From Eledone cirrhosa (Eukaryota): a DNA stretch of 64,000 bases. Positions 42,401-53,748 of this stretch are shown piece by piece. The position numbers and the translations under genes were made by a program. The stretch lies in contig OZ024745.1 in the NCBI GenBank assembly GCA_964016885.1, positions 46,066,001 through 46,130,000 on the forward strand. The letters are read 5' to 3'. The notes under the pieces are model-generated. The model did not search any database and was not told the origin of the DNA. It saw nothing but the letters and a program-made list of their open reading frames with translations. Every line of letters begins with the position of its first letter. Within the stretch, counting starts at the first letter, position 1.

Positions 42401-42914
42401 GAAGTCACTGGCCTGGCAGTGCTACCGAGGGGCTCTACCCGTTCGAGAGAGGCTCTACAGACACGGACGCCCGGGCAGGGATCCCTCAAAAAAGATTTGC
42501 CCTAGATGCGTGCGTCACGAAGAAACCGTAGCGCACGCATTGGTGCAATGTCCGGGCGTGGCTGATCTGTGGGGCTACGCCGAACAACTGCTGTCGCGGG
42601 TGGCGCCGATTAAATTGACCGCCGAGTCCGTGATGACAATCAAACCGCCTCCCCTCTTCACAAAGGAAGCAAAGGCGGTTTTTCTGTGCGTAATAGCCAT
42701 GTTGAAAGAGGTTGTTTGGTGGACACGATTGAAAGGTCTGAGGTCAGGCAACTTCCTCTCTGGCCATAGTCTGGTCTACTTCTTCCGATATCACTTCGGA
42801 AGAAGGATAAGAATGGAGAGAGAGGTGCTTGGCCACAGGCAGTTTTATGAAAGGTGGGTGATAGTGGCGAGAATGGCTCGTGTAAATGGGCCTTCTCTGT
42901 ATACCATCCTGTAG
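39477..42914 (+). CDS. LINE ORF2: APE endonuclease + reverse transcriptase + C-terminal CCHC zinc finger (1145 aa)
   Basis: CLNARGL, CET, GDWN, SYLDRF, TDH (APE); SPGLDG, NFRPITLLN, DQSKAFDRV, RQGCPLS, YADD (RT); CPRC..HALVQC. Confidence 0.95.
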   Translation: MDVLRVGCLNARGLGSTWKQAKLLNDLRSCSINVMVICETRISVMRQLAPTFDDFEVHASLCQPGGGGGVVVLLQKHLGLAVQVVHSDPEGRLLVLDVGSSESAALRLVAVYSPFGAERPDFFQRLETFLGTSRSLLLAGDWNDILDARWDYAGACPNRGGCNSLKGLLDRFNLVDRYRLDFPTVPTWTWRNHSGQSRSYLDRFLVRSKDRDILSCPEMRTVGYTDHKLVTCVVNLEKTHRQGPGYWKLNLSLPAKETYRNRISRLVKERLTGAIVNNRWWASLKREIRTESISYSKMLAANRNRNEKELTGKLEEAIKSEDVARVLASRTALNQFFDAKHEGCVIRSKIRALGNEGAKAVGWARVTEAKSGNRSTIRSLQDEDGRVIREPKQMCEAFQKHFARLFGGGEGPGRGVDFGPYLDGLPRLSNKEAESCEGPISADEIADALSQCSRRKSPGLDGIPYELYLAMPVFFSELLEAVYCNWQQNGRIPCSVAKGVVTLVRKDEKKGDSINNFRPITLLNTELKILAKVLAKRLALVVGGLVGDAQTCAIPSRSIHDNLHLMRYIIERVGNKPGFGGALINLDQSKAFDRVDHGYLDAVLAAAGFGPVFRGWITALHSNHICSRIKVNGYLSKPFEITRSIRQGCPLSSLLYVLTLEPLLRKLELLQGIPLEPGLSKAVSAYADDVTVMVSTDSEIEAIGTLLEEYERLSGAKLNREKSIGLQLGTWRGKPMPPDGVVGHWTEGPVKLLGVWFGPDLQVEKNWNEVTNKVFALTQKWAKCKLSLKGRAEVANIYIASVTYYRLTVVPCPKETLTTMERMLFQFLWKKRPPMVRRSICCQQPSKGGLGMPWLMMRRHALRLRHLQVFLTGQPVWAPFVKRAFPRLVSLTELQSWVKQRSGKLGDWHTECAQALRALWQAGRAIGGESTSSFYRGLVASRGDDTLGESLDMEEDELASLFGRTFGPGPMDNFQKSLAWQCYRGALPVRERLYRHGRPGRDPSKKICPRCVRHEETVAHALVQCPGVADLWGYAEQLLSRVAPIKLTAESVMTIKPPPLFTKEAKAVFLCVIAMLKEVVWWTRLKGLRSGNFLSGHSLVYFFRYHFGRRIRMEREVLGHRQFYERWVIVARMARVNGPSLYTIL

Positions 42915-43156
42915 GTAAAGAAGTAAAGGAGAGGGGAGCACCTTCTCCATGTGCTCCCCGGGCAAAGGATTGCACACTTTTTCGGGGGTGTGTGCAACCC
43001 CCATCACGTCCCCTCCCTTTTGAGGTTATTTTCGATTATTTTCATGTTACACCCTTTTTACTCGATTATATGTAAACTCCCCCTTTGTATTTGTCCCTTC
43101 TTTTTATGCCTTTATGGTAAATAAAGAAATCTATCTATATCTCTCTATCTTTCTCT

Positions 43157-43194
<38 letters not shown>

Positions 43195-43227
43195 CTACCT
43201 ATCTATATCTCTCTATCTTTCTCTTTA

Positions 43228-43296
<69 letters not shown>

Positions 43297-43299
43297 TGC

Positions 43300-43644
43300 A
43301 GGGTTATTTTACACCCCTTGGATAGAACAACCCTCAATACCAGGAACACTTTTTGTAGGTGTTCCTGTCTTCCCTCTGTTTATCTTCCTCAACCTACAGG
43401 TTTATATACAGAGAAGGCCCATTCACTCGGGCTATTTTCGCCACATTCACCCTCCTTTCAGCGAATTTACTGGGGTGCAGCACCTCTCCCTCCACTCTCA
43501 CCTTCCTTCTGAAGTGATACTTAAAGAAGGGGATACGTTGTTGTCCGGAGAGAAAGGTGTTTGCTCTCAGTCCTTTTAACCTCGTCGACCATATTACCTC
43601 TTTCGCCATAGCCACCAGACAGAGGAAAACCGCCTCTCCTTCGT

Positions 43645-43645
<1 letters not shown>
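43300..43645 (-). mobile_element. Short 3' fragment of a related Tx1-like LINE
   Basis: NEGEAVFLCLVAMAKEVIW..ARVNGPSLYINL*, homologous to the ORF2 C-terminus; starts right after (ATCT)n. Confidence 0.85.
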
Positions 43646-43678
<33 letters not shown>

Positions 43679-43679
43679 T

Positions 43680-45975
43680 GTTTCTTTATTAGCCACAGGG
43701 GCACAAAAGAAGGGGACAAATACAAAGGGGGAAGTTTACATACAATAAAAAACGTGTAAAATGTTATCACAAATGCAATTTAAAAATTAGTCGATTTTCC
43801 CCAATAGGGGGAGACATTACATATGAATAACACATACCCCCGAAAAAAAATGTGCAACCCTCATCTCCAGGCGTACGAAGAGTTTGTACTCCTTTCCTCT
43901 CCTCCTCCTTTTCCTCAACCTACAGACTGATATAGAGAGAAGGCCCATTCACTCGGGCCATTCTCGCCACTTTCACCCACCTTTCATAAAACTTGCTGGG
44001 GTACAGCACCTCTCTCTCCATCCTGATTCTTCTTCCAACGTGGTATTTGAACAAAAGAATCAGTTGTTGGAGAGAAAGCTGTCTGACCTCAGCCCTTTTA
44101 ACCTTGTCCACCATACAACCTCTTTCGCCATAGCTATCACACAAAGGAAAACCGTCTCTCCTTCGTTTTTGAAGGAGGGTGGCGGTTTGATCATGACAAT
44201 GGACTCAGTGGTCAACCGGATTGGTCCCACCCGCGACAATAGTCGTTCTACATAGCCCCACAGGTCGGTGACACCCGGGCAGTGTATGAATGCGTGTGCG
44301 ACGGTTTCTTCGCACGCACCTCGGACAGATCTTTTTTGCAGGGTCCCTGCCCGGGCGCCCATGTCTGTAGAGCTTGTCTCGAACTGGTAGAGCTCCTCGG
44401 TAGCACTGCCAGGCCAGGGACTTTTGGAAGTTGTCCATCAGTCCCGGGCGGAAGGTCCTATCGAACAGACTGGCCAGCTCGTCTTCCTCTACGCCTAGAG
44501 TTTCATCGAGCGCATCGTCGCACTTGCTGCGGATCAACCCTCTATAGAATGACGAAGTGGAGTCTCCACTGATCGCCGGGTCCGCCTGTCAGAGGGCTGT
44601 GAGCGCCTGAGCACATTCGATGTGCCAGTCGCTCATTTTCCTCGGTCTTTGCTTGACTCAGGACTGCAGCTCGGTCAGCGAGAGGAGTCGTGGGAAGGCT
44701 CGCCTCACGAACGGGGCCCACACCGGTTGTCCGGTGAGGAATACGTAGAGATGCCGCAGCCTGAGCTCGTGTTTGCGCATCGTCAGCCACGGCAACCCCA
44801 GCCCTCCGTTGGAAGGGTGTTGGCAGCAGATAGATCTTCTCACCAAAGGAGCCCGCCTCTTCCAAAGGAATTGGAAGAGCGCGCGCTCCATTTTGGTGAG
44901 CGTTTGGGCTGGACAAGGCACGACGGTCAAGCGGTAGTAGATGGCGGACGCTATAAAAGTGTTTCGCCACCTCCGCTCGACCTTTCAAGGATAGTTTGCA
45001 CTCGGCTAAATTCTGGGTGAGTGCAAACACCTTGACCGTCACCTCGTTCCAGTTCTTCTCCACCTAGAGGTCCGGTCCAAACCAGACCCCGAGTAGCTTT
45101 ACTGGTCCTTCCGTCCAGCGTCCGACGACGCCATCGGAAGGCATCGGTTTGCCTCTCCACGATCCGAGTTGCAAACCGATGGACGTGTCCCGGTTCAGCT
45201 TCGCTCCTGTGAACCTTTCGTATTCCCCTTCAGTAAGATGCCGACTTCCTCGATTTGCGAGGCGCTCGACACCATTACTGTCACGTCGTCGGCGTAGGCC
45301 GACGCCGCTTTCTGCAGTCCCGGTTCCAGAGGGATGCCCTGCAAAAGCTCCAACTTCCGCAGTAGTGGCTCGAGAGTCAGTACGTACAGAAGGGAGGAGA
45401 GAGGGCATCCCTGTCGAATGGATCGCGTGATATGGAACGGCTCCGAGAGGTAGCCGTTCACCTTGACCCTTGAGCAGATGTTGCTGTTGTGCATTGCAGC
45501 AATCCAGCCCCTGAACACGGGTCCGAAGCCTGTCGCCTCGAGCACCGCATCCAGGTAACGATGGTCAACCCTATCGAAAGCCTTAGGCTGATCCAAGTTG
45601 ATCAGGGCCCCACCGAAGCCGGGTTTACACCCTACCCTCTCTATGATGTATCGCATGAGGTGGAGGTTGTCGTGTATGGATCTGGTTGGGATTGCGCATG
45701 TCTGCGCTTCTCCCACCAGGTTCTCGACGACAAGCGCCAGCCTCTTTGCCAACACCTTGGCCAAAATCTGTAACTCTGTGTTTAGCAGAGTTATGGGCCG
45801 GAAGTTGCCTATGTCATCCCCCTTATTCTCGTCCTTCCTGACTAGTGTGACTACGCCCCCGGTCACAAAACTGGGAATTCTCCTGTTCTGTTGCCAGTTG
45901 CAGTAGACCGCTTCCAGGAGACCGGAGAATAAGTTCGGCATTGCTACGTAAAATTCGTAGAGTAGACCGTCGAGA
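43680..45975 (-). mobile_element. 5'-truncated, frameshifted Tx1-like LINE copy (RT to 3' end)
   Basis: ORF pieces 45195..45941, 44658..44930, 44205..44537, 44060..44362 align to ORF2; AATAAA then (CTAT)n at 43645-43678. Confidence 0.92.
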
Positions 45976-46067
45976 TCGCTCGTTATATGTAAGGTAAACT
46001 GACGGGCTTACATCTAACAGAAATATCACCACTCTATAACCTTAAAATATCGAGTACTCAGTTGAAT

Positions 46068-46188
46068 AATTGTTTCTACTTTAGGCACAAGGCCAGAAAT
46101 TACCCAGTGCATTACTGGTACTTTATTTTATCGACCCCGTAAGGATGAAAGGCAAAGTCAACCTCGGCGGGATTTGAACTCAGACCGT
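46068..46188 (-). mobile_element. SINE family A, short form, 5'-truncated
   Basis: Near-consensus reverse complement. Confidence 0.88.
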
Positions 46189-46641
46189 ATAATGGTAGTA
46201 TTAATCGCTTGACAAATGTATGTATACACCTGTATGTGTATATACCTATACGTGTATACACCTATATTTGAATTTAGCATTGAACTTAATGAAATTAGAA
46301 CTCATATTCATTCACTGAATTACTTGTTTATTTAGTTAATATCTTTATTACTGTTCTAGTTTGTATCTTGAGCTCAAGTTCATTATGCATAGCACGCAGG
46401 TATCCTGAAAGAAGATCCTTCTGTTCCTTTCACCTTACACAAAGGTACCCATCACACCTATCACGACTATCACATTAGTGGTTTAACAATCATTCAAGAA
46501 GAAAGTGTACTAAAACATACTTATCCCATAAATAGCTACACGATAGTTGAGGTTTGACAGTAAACATCAATATCCGCATACCTTATTTTCATTTCCTAGA
46601 TAGACAGATAGATAAAAAGAATATTATATATATATATACTC

Positions 46642-46701
<60 letters not shown>

Positions 46702-46702
<1 letters not shown>

Positions 46703-46810
46703 AACGAGTAGGACCCCGACGGCTGAGCTCAAGCCGTTTCGACGGCTAATTCTTGTCCAGAATTAGCCGTCGAAACGGCTTGAGCTCAGCCGTCGGGGTC
46801 CTACTCGTTC
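46702..46810. repeat. Perfect 52-bp-arm palindrome (5-nt loop) next to (TA)n, carrying the 3' half of a hammerhead
   Basis: 46702-46753 is the reverse complement of 46759-46810; arm has GAAACGGCT-TGAGCTC-AGCCGTC-GGGG. Confidence 0.9.
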
Positions 46811-46955
46811 CTATTACCCACTCTACTACCCTAAGTATTGAGTACTTTGGTGCGTTATGGTCCGCCTGGTTCCTTACCACATTTCCTTCGTTATATATAT
46901 ATATATATATATACGATATATTAACAAATGGAAACTATATTTATAAAAGCATATT

Positions 46956-47020
46956 TATTTCATTATACATATTTCAAGGACACCAAGTTAAATTATGCTG
47001 TGCTCTCATCAGATAAAATA
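46956..47020 (-). ncRNA. Minimal type I hammerhead ribozyme motif (same family as 21562-21627)
   Basis: TATTTTAT-CTGATGA-..-GAAA-TATGTA-TA-ATGAAATA; 8-bp stem I with 1 GU. Confidence 0.6.
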
Positions 47021-47095
47021 TAATATAGAGCACTTTTATAAATAATTATTGACATACCCTTAAAGAATGCGACCATTTCTGTTGGAAGCTTCCAT

Positions 47096-47399
<304 letters not shown>

Positions 47400-47401
<2 letters not shown>

Positions 47402-47575
47402 TGGGTTGGCAGTATCGGTAGAGGGTCGGACGCCATGCTTTGACGCATAGAGTTACGGCCTTTGCCATTCTGAGTTCAAATCCCACCGAGGTTAACTTTG
47501 CCTTTCATCCTTACGGGGTCGATAAAATAAAGTACCAGTAATGCACTGGGTAAGTGCCAAAAGTAGAAACAATTA
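47400..47575 (+). mobile_element. SINE family A inserted in (TA)n
   Basis: Consensus match with a small 3' deletion. Confidence 0.88.
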
Positions 47576-47914
47576 TATATATATATATATATATTCTTTA
47601 ATATGGTTAAGTGAAGAGTTTCACCTGTGTCCACATATGTAATATGCGTGTGGGGGGGGGGGGGGTCTTCCTGTGCCACTCCGTTTTTTTATCTATTCCA
47701 ATGCAATCAACACACCCGAAATTAACATCCGTTTGTTATTTTTATTCATAGCATTAAATATTAGGTGAGGCGGATGAATTGATAATATCAGAAGGGAACC
47801 GAATAACATGCCTTGCGGTATGTAGTTACTTCCTTTTGTAATCCGAGTTTAAACTGTATTAACGAAATCAACATCCACACAATGGATGAGCAGCATATTT
47901 ATTCCGATCACGAA

Positions 47915-48200
47915 GAAATCGAAGAAATCATATTAGAACGGCCGTCCTTCTCTTTGAAGCATCTCGCTAAAGGCAACGCGGTGGAGAACATGGCCTGCGA
48001 GATTATACACCCGCCCGTTACCCCATTCCGTGTATACTAGACTTCTCGGCCCAATTTTCTTAAAAATCGTCTTCACCCGAGGTTATCATCAAATACCTGT
48101 ACAAGATGATAGTATTCCTAAGACAGCTGTTATCACTCCCTTCAAACTGTATCAATTTCTACATATACATTTACGGCTAAAAAACGCAATCCTTTCAATG
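47915..48200 (+). mobile_element. Ty3/Gypsy LTR-retrotransposon RT remnant
   Basis: FLKIVFTRGYHQIPVQDDSIPKTAVITPFKLYQF..LKNA resembles the Gypsy RT motif (..YHQIPV..DIPKTA..TPFGL.EF..MPFGL.NA). Confidence 0.75.
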
Positions 48201-48247
48201 CTTGATGAACACTGTGCACATGGGTCTAGATATTGTAATTACAAAGG

Positions 48248-48560
48248 AATGAGCCCTCTATATATAAACATAGAGATATTTTATATTACTTTATATACAT
48301 ACCAACTAAGCATATGTTTTTATTGGTACTCAGAGTTTCATGATGGTATCTCATTACTCGTAGCAGTTTAATATAGCGTGCCGTAAGCATATATATTTTT
48401 TTCACAAAGGCTGAAGATTGATGGTGTACGCTAGATTAATCTGCTACGAATAATCGGATAATATTATGAAACTCTGAATACCAAGAAAAATATATGCTTA
48501 GTTGGTATGTATATTAAGTAATATAAAATATCTCTGTTTACATATACAGGGATCATTCTT
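48248..48560. mobile_element. Fold-back element (~95-bp arms) with hammerhead-like motif
   Basis: About 48248-48345 is the reverse complement of 48462-48560; plus strand GG-CTGAAGA..GAAACTCTGA(A/G)TA-CC at 48409-48482. Confidence 0.7.
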
Positions 48561-48719
48561 TCGTGATTCCAAAGCACATTCAGCAACGATATATGTGTGT
48601 GCGTGTGTGTGTGTGTGTGATAGAGAGAGAGAGTAACATTATTAAGTAATATATATCAAGTGTATATTAAGTAATATATATAATGTATATAAAGTAATAT
48701 ATATATATAGCAAAATAGA

Positions 48720-48973
48720 TATAGAAATTGCTTCTACAGGACTAGAACTGTTTCATTCGAAGAAAATCGTGGGAGCTTTCCTGATGATTTCCTTCGAATG
48801 AAACAGTTTTAGTCCTGTAGAAGCCATTTCTATATAGAATATGTTGTTCAAAAGAACATCTATTTTATTAATATTTGTATTTTAATATATATATATATAT
48901 ATATAATATAGAAATGGTTTCTACATTCTACAGGACTAGAACTGTTTCATTTGGGAGAAATCATCAGGAAACC
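48720..48973. mobile_element. Fold-back element plus a third inverted copy, with hammerhead motifs
   Basis: 48720-48768 is the reverse complement of about 48785-48833; third copy 48910-48973 on the minus strand; (TA)n flanks. Confidence 0.75.
48777..48823 (+). ncRNA. Type I hammerhead ribozyme motif (second copy 48916-48973, minus)
   Basis: TTTC-CTGATGA-tttccttcgaat-GAAA-CAG ttttagtc CTG-TA-GAAG; minus copy has a GGTTTC/GAAACC stem I interrupted by a 7-nt duplication. Confidence 0.6.
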
Positions 48974-49742
48974 CCTCTCTGCTATGTATTGAGTACCTTA
49001 CTTTCTGTGGTTACCCCCGATTGAACCCGGGATAAACATATATATATATGTGTGTGTGTATGTGTGTGTATGTATATATGTGTATATGTACATATGTATA
49101 TATGTGTGTATATGTATATATGTATATATGTATATATATATATATATGGAAAATGAAATGAGACAAAGAAGTAAATAAATGCGAAATAAATGCTAGGTGA
49201 TCATAGCCAAAATAAGGTAGGTCTATTTGTACTTTTAAACGTGACAGGGAGATGGGTGAAACGAAGAAAGAATGGAGATGGAAAAGGAAGAAATAGAGAG
49301 AGGGGGAGAGATGGAGAGAGAAATAGAATGACATAGGGTTGAAAGAAACAAAAGAACAGAGGTGGGGTAGAGAATGATATATTTTAGAAAGGATTGGCTT
49401 TCGTTGTTGGTCTAATGTCTAACGAGTAAAATGTGATTATTTTCCTAGGAAAACATGCACTATAGCTATAATCTCTCAATGTTTACGTAGACGTATATGT
49501 GTGTGAAAGGCGGCCATTTGATAGAGTCGTTAGAATATCGGATAGAATGTTTTGCGGTGTTCACTTTGTCTTTCTACTCTCTGACTTCAAATCTCGCCGA
49601 GGTCAACTTTGCCTTTCATCCATTCGAGATCGATAAAAAGAAAAATGTAACAGTTGGGAACTGGAGTCGATTCTTCTATATCACTTTCTCACTTCCATTC
49701 TATCACTCTCACTACCATTCTGTTACGAGACCATGCGCGCGC

Positions 49743-49813
<71 letters not shown>

Positions 49814-50080
49814 ATAAGTGTGTGCGTTTTTATACAAATCAGCTATTAGAATTCTCAAAGAATATTTTCTCTATAAACAAAAAAGAAAATTGGATTATTA
49901 TATTTTTTGTGAGAAGGCGGGGGTGGGGATCTTTTTAGTATACTGTTGTATGTGAATGTACTCACTTATTTAGTGCACATAATTTTTATATGTTTATGTT
50001 GGATATGTACGTACTTTTATATGTATAGAGAGTTGAGTGACGTGTATGACAAACTACCAATTACGTCACATACAAACACA

Positions 50081-50270
50081 CGGTGAATTGGCAGTATCGG
50101 TAGAGGGTTGGACGCCATACTTTCTAGCATAGTTACGTTGCTTTACGGTTTGAGTTCAAATCCCGTCGAGGTTAACTTTGCCTTTCATCCTTACGGGGTC
50201 GATAAAATAAAGTACCAGCAATGTACTAATGGAGTAATTGCTGGCCTTGTGCCAAAAGTAGAAACAATTG
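50081..50270 (+). mobile_element. SINE family A
   Basis: Consensus match. Confidence 0.85.
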
Positions 50271-50313
50271 TGTGTGTTTGTATGTTTGTACATGGTGTAA
50301 TATATGTGTGTGT

Positions 50314-50920
50314 CAGGTCACCAGTTGGTGCTACTGGCAACATGTATGCCAGTACAACCTGTCTCATGGTCGGGTCGTTGGTGACTAAACTGGCAACCCC
50401 ACCAAGGTTTCTTGGTGAGGAGGGTGACTTTGGACATCCTGCAGGACTAAAAACAAAACCTGTCAAAGGGCAAAGGAGCTCTTAAGAGTCAATGGCCATC
50501 CAAAATCACCGGGAGAGATGACCCCTTAGCATTTGTCAAGGCAGAATTCTAGGAGAAGGAAAACTCTGATATAACAGCTGCAACCCTGATGTATCCAATG
50601 ATGTTGACTTGTTCTTCTTTTTGGTAGATATCATCTTGGGTAAGAGAGTGGGACTGGCTTTGTGCAGTGCCTTTGCTCAATATAAAAGCTTCACGGCACA
50701 GGCATTGCTTTATATCTGGAGATCTCTCTGCACTTGTCCTCACATGGTACCATGGGCCCAGCACTATGTGTCAATAATTGTGACAGGTGTAGTGTTTGTA
50801 CCAGAGTTTTCAAGTCACTGGCTGGACTAAAAAGTCACACTTGTTCAGCGCATCGGTAGGGGTTCTCCTACATGGATATAAAGTAGTGGCCGTACTCGAA
50901 AACGAGTTGGCAGCCACCAC
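50314..50920 (+). mobile_element. Second copy of the ~610-bp non-coding element
   Basis: Colinear with 34851-35464. Confidence 0.8.
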
Positions 50921-50929
50921 ATGGTATAA

Positions 50930-51090
50930 TAGGCGGTAAATTGGCAGAGTCGTTAGAATGTCGAATAGAATGCATTATGGTAGTCGTTCCGCCTCTCTGA
51001 TCTCTGAGTTCAAATCCCGCCAAGGTCAATTTTGCCTTTCATTATTTTGAGGTCGATAAAAAAGTACCAGTCTAGTACTGGGGTCGATTC
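50930..51090 (+). mobile_element. SINE family A, diverged
   Basis: Head, B-box and core present; a similar diverged copy lies at 49508-49680. Confidence 0.7.
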
Positions 51091-51454
51091 TTCCTCTCAC
51101 TGGAAGAAATCTACTGTACTCAGGCTTGGAGAGGGATGGGCCCCGCCAGGCTTAAAATGCCCAAGAAACGATGTAAGTCAATATGGCGCTCCTACGACTC
51201 TTGGAGTTACGGGACCATACATACATGGTGTGATAGATAATTAGTGGAAGCAGCCGTACCATCTGAACGGAGTGAGCGATGTTAATTATGAGTTAAGAGG
51301 TAATGAATAGATAATGCTATTCAGGGGCAGTGGAACTGGGGGGGGGGGGGGCTTGGCCCCACAACAATAATTATATTTTTCTCCCCAAACTACCAAAATA
51401 CACATCTAATTGTATATGCGCTACAATTTATGTGCATGTTCTATAGAAACAGAC

Positions 51455-52545
51455 GGGAGAGATAGATGTAGATATAGAGAGGGTGAGTGTTTGGTGTTAA
51501 TGTATATAGAGAGGGGTATTGGAAGAGAGTTCTGTATAGTAGATATAGAGAGGTGGAGAGTTTGGGATTAATTGATATAGAGAGGGGTATTGGAAGAGAG
51601 TTCCGTGTAGTATATATAGATAGGGGGAGAGTCTGGCGGTAATTGATGTAGAGGGGGATTTGGAGAGAGTGTTATATGGTAGATATAGAGAGGGGGGTTA
51701 ATGTTTATTGACAGAGAGAATGGTATTGAAAGAGAGTTCCGTGTAGTAGATATAGAGAAAGGGGGAGTGGAAGGAGAGCAATGATAGCAAGGGTAGAGGG
51801 AGAGCAAGGAGAGAAAGAATAGAGGGAGAGCAAGGAGAGCAAGGGTAGAGGGAGAGCACGGAGAGCAAGAGTAGAGGGAGAGAAGGAGAGCAAGGAGAGC
51901 AAGGGTAGAGGGAGAGCACGGAGAGCAAGAATAGAGGGAGAGAAGGAGAGCAAGGAGAGTAAGGAGAGCAAGGGTAGAGGGAGAGAAGGAGAGAAAGGAT
52001 AGCAAGGAGAGAAAGAGAGCAAGGAGAGCGAGGAGAGCGAGGAGGCAAGGAGAGAGAAAGAGCAAGGAGAGCAAGGGTAGAGGGGCAGCAGGGAGAGCAA
52101 GGAGAGCAAGAATAGAGGGAGAGCAAGTAGAGAAGGAGAGTAAGGAAGCAAGGGTAGAGGGGGAGCAAGTAGAGAAGGAGAGTAAGGAGAGAAAGTGTAG
52201 AGGGAGAAGGAGAGCAAGGGTAGAAGTAGAGCAAGGAGAGCATGGAGGGAAACAGAGCAAAGAGAGAAGGAGAAAGGGGAGAGAAAGGAGAGCATGGAGG
52301 GAAACAGAGCAAAGAGAGAAGGAGAAAGGGGAGAGAAAGGAGAGCATGGAGGGAAACAGAGCAAAGAGAGAAGGAGAAAGGGGAGAGAAAGGAGAGCATG
52401 GAGGGAAACAGAGCAAAGAGAGAAGGAGAAAGGGGAGGGCAAAGAGAGATGGAGAGCAAAGAGAGAAGGAAAGCAAGGAGAGAAGGAGAGACGTAAAGCA
52501 AGGAGGGAAGTAAAGCAAGGAGAAAGGTAGAGAAAGGAGAGCTAT
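51455..52545. repeat. Purine-rich compound tandem repeat including four 52-bp units (52241-52440)
   Basis: GGAGAGCAAGGGTAGAG units; CATGGAGGGAAACAGAGC recurs every 52 nt. Confidence 0.9.
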
Positions 52546-52632
52546 GGGTGTTTCACATACACGCACACAGACACACACACACAGGCATACGTACACACAA
52601 TGCATGTGTGTATGTGCATTTGCGTGTGAGTG

Positions 52633-53240
52633 CAGGTCGCTCTTCGGCGCTACTGGTAACATGCAGCCCAGTACAACCAGTGCATGGTCAGGTCATCGGT
52701 GACTAAACCGGCAACCCCACCACGTTTGGTTGGTGAGGAGGGTGAATTTGGACACCCTGCGGTATGAAAAACAAAACCCGTCAAAGGAACTCAGGAGAGT
52801 CAACGGCCATCCAAGTCTTCATTAAGATATCTCTCTAGGAGATATCATATAATTGTTTCTACATTTAGCACGACTCTGTAAGGATGAAAGGCAAAGTTAA
52901 CCTCGGCGGAATTTGAACTCAGATCGTAAAGGGACGTAACTATGATGGAAAGCATGGCGTCCGACTCTCTACCTATACTGCCAATCCATCATATAATGCA
53001 GACCAGTTCTTCTTTAGGGGTAAATGCATTCGATGTTCAGAGAGTGGGATTGGCCCCGTGCAAAGCTTTTCTTACTTAAAAAATCTTCAAGCACAGGCAT
53101 CGCTTGATATGTGGCATTCTTTGCGATGTATGGTATTGCTGGCCATAGGCAAGTCCCTAGCAGGACTAAAACGCCATGTCCGTGATACTCATGCTTAAGT
53201 ATCAAGCGATGGCATTACTCGAAATCGAGTTGCAACCATC
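52633..53240 (+). mobile_element. Diverged third copy of the ~610-bp element, interrupted by a SINE A (52850-52988, minus)
   Basis: Shares the 5' part (GCTACTGGTAACATG..GGCAACCCCACC) and the 3' end (TACTCGAAA.CGAGTTG..ACCAT). Confidence 0.65.
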
Positions 53241-53535
53241 ATATATGTGTTAGGTGTGAGCGTTTGTTGTGTGTGTAAGTGTATGTTAGCACAAATAAGT
53301 TTAAAATGTACAAAAACATATGTTAACAAATAAAATAAACATACACCACACATACACCACACAGACATACACCACACAGACATACACCACACAGACATAC
53401 ACATACAGATATACACATACAGAACATACAGATACACAATTTCATAGTGATTATGTACACATGCCAAACATAGCTTCATTTCCAACTTAAGCAAATACGA
53501 ACTACCCGCCATTTCAACAAAATTCATTCAAACCC

Positions 53536-53631
<96 letters not shown>

Positions 53632-53748
53632 AAAGTCAAAATTTCGTCCTGAACGAAACGTAATCAGAGTAGTTTACTCCAATCCTGTCCTTCCATTATA
53701 GAAAGGACTATTCAATCGAGTCTCACTTTAAAGGTAAGAAGACATTTC

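Larger units (their letters stand above)
38331..43130 (+). mobile_element. L1/Tx1-clade non-LTR retrotransposon, 5'-truncated in ORF1, intact ORF2
   Basis: ORF1 remnant + ORF2 + 3'UTR with AATAAA (43120-43125); 17-bp TSD CTATCTATATCTCTCTA at 38314-38330 and 43131-43147. Confidence 0.92.

Noticed and set aside
39607-42531. Antisense and alternate-frame ORFs within LINE ORF2
   Set aside because: Expected shadow ORFs in GC-rich coding sequence
51568-52662. 364-aa Leu/Ser/Pro-rich ORF and its overlaps
   Set aside because: Pyrimidine strand of a GA-rich tandem repeat
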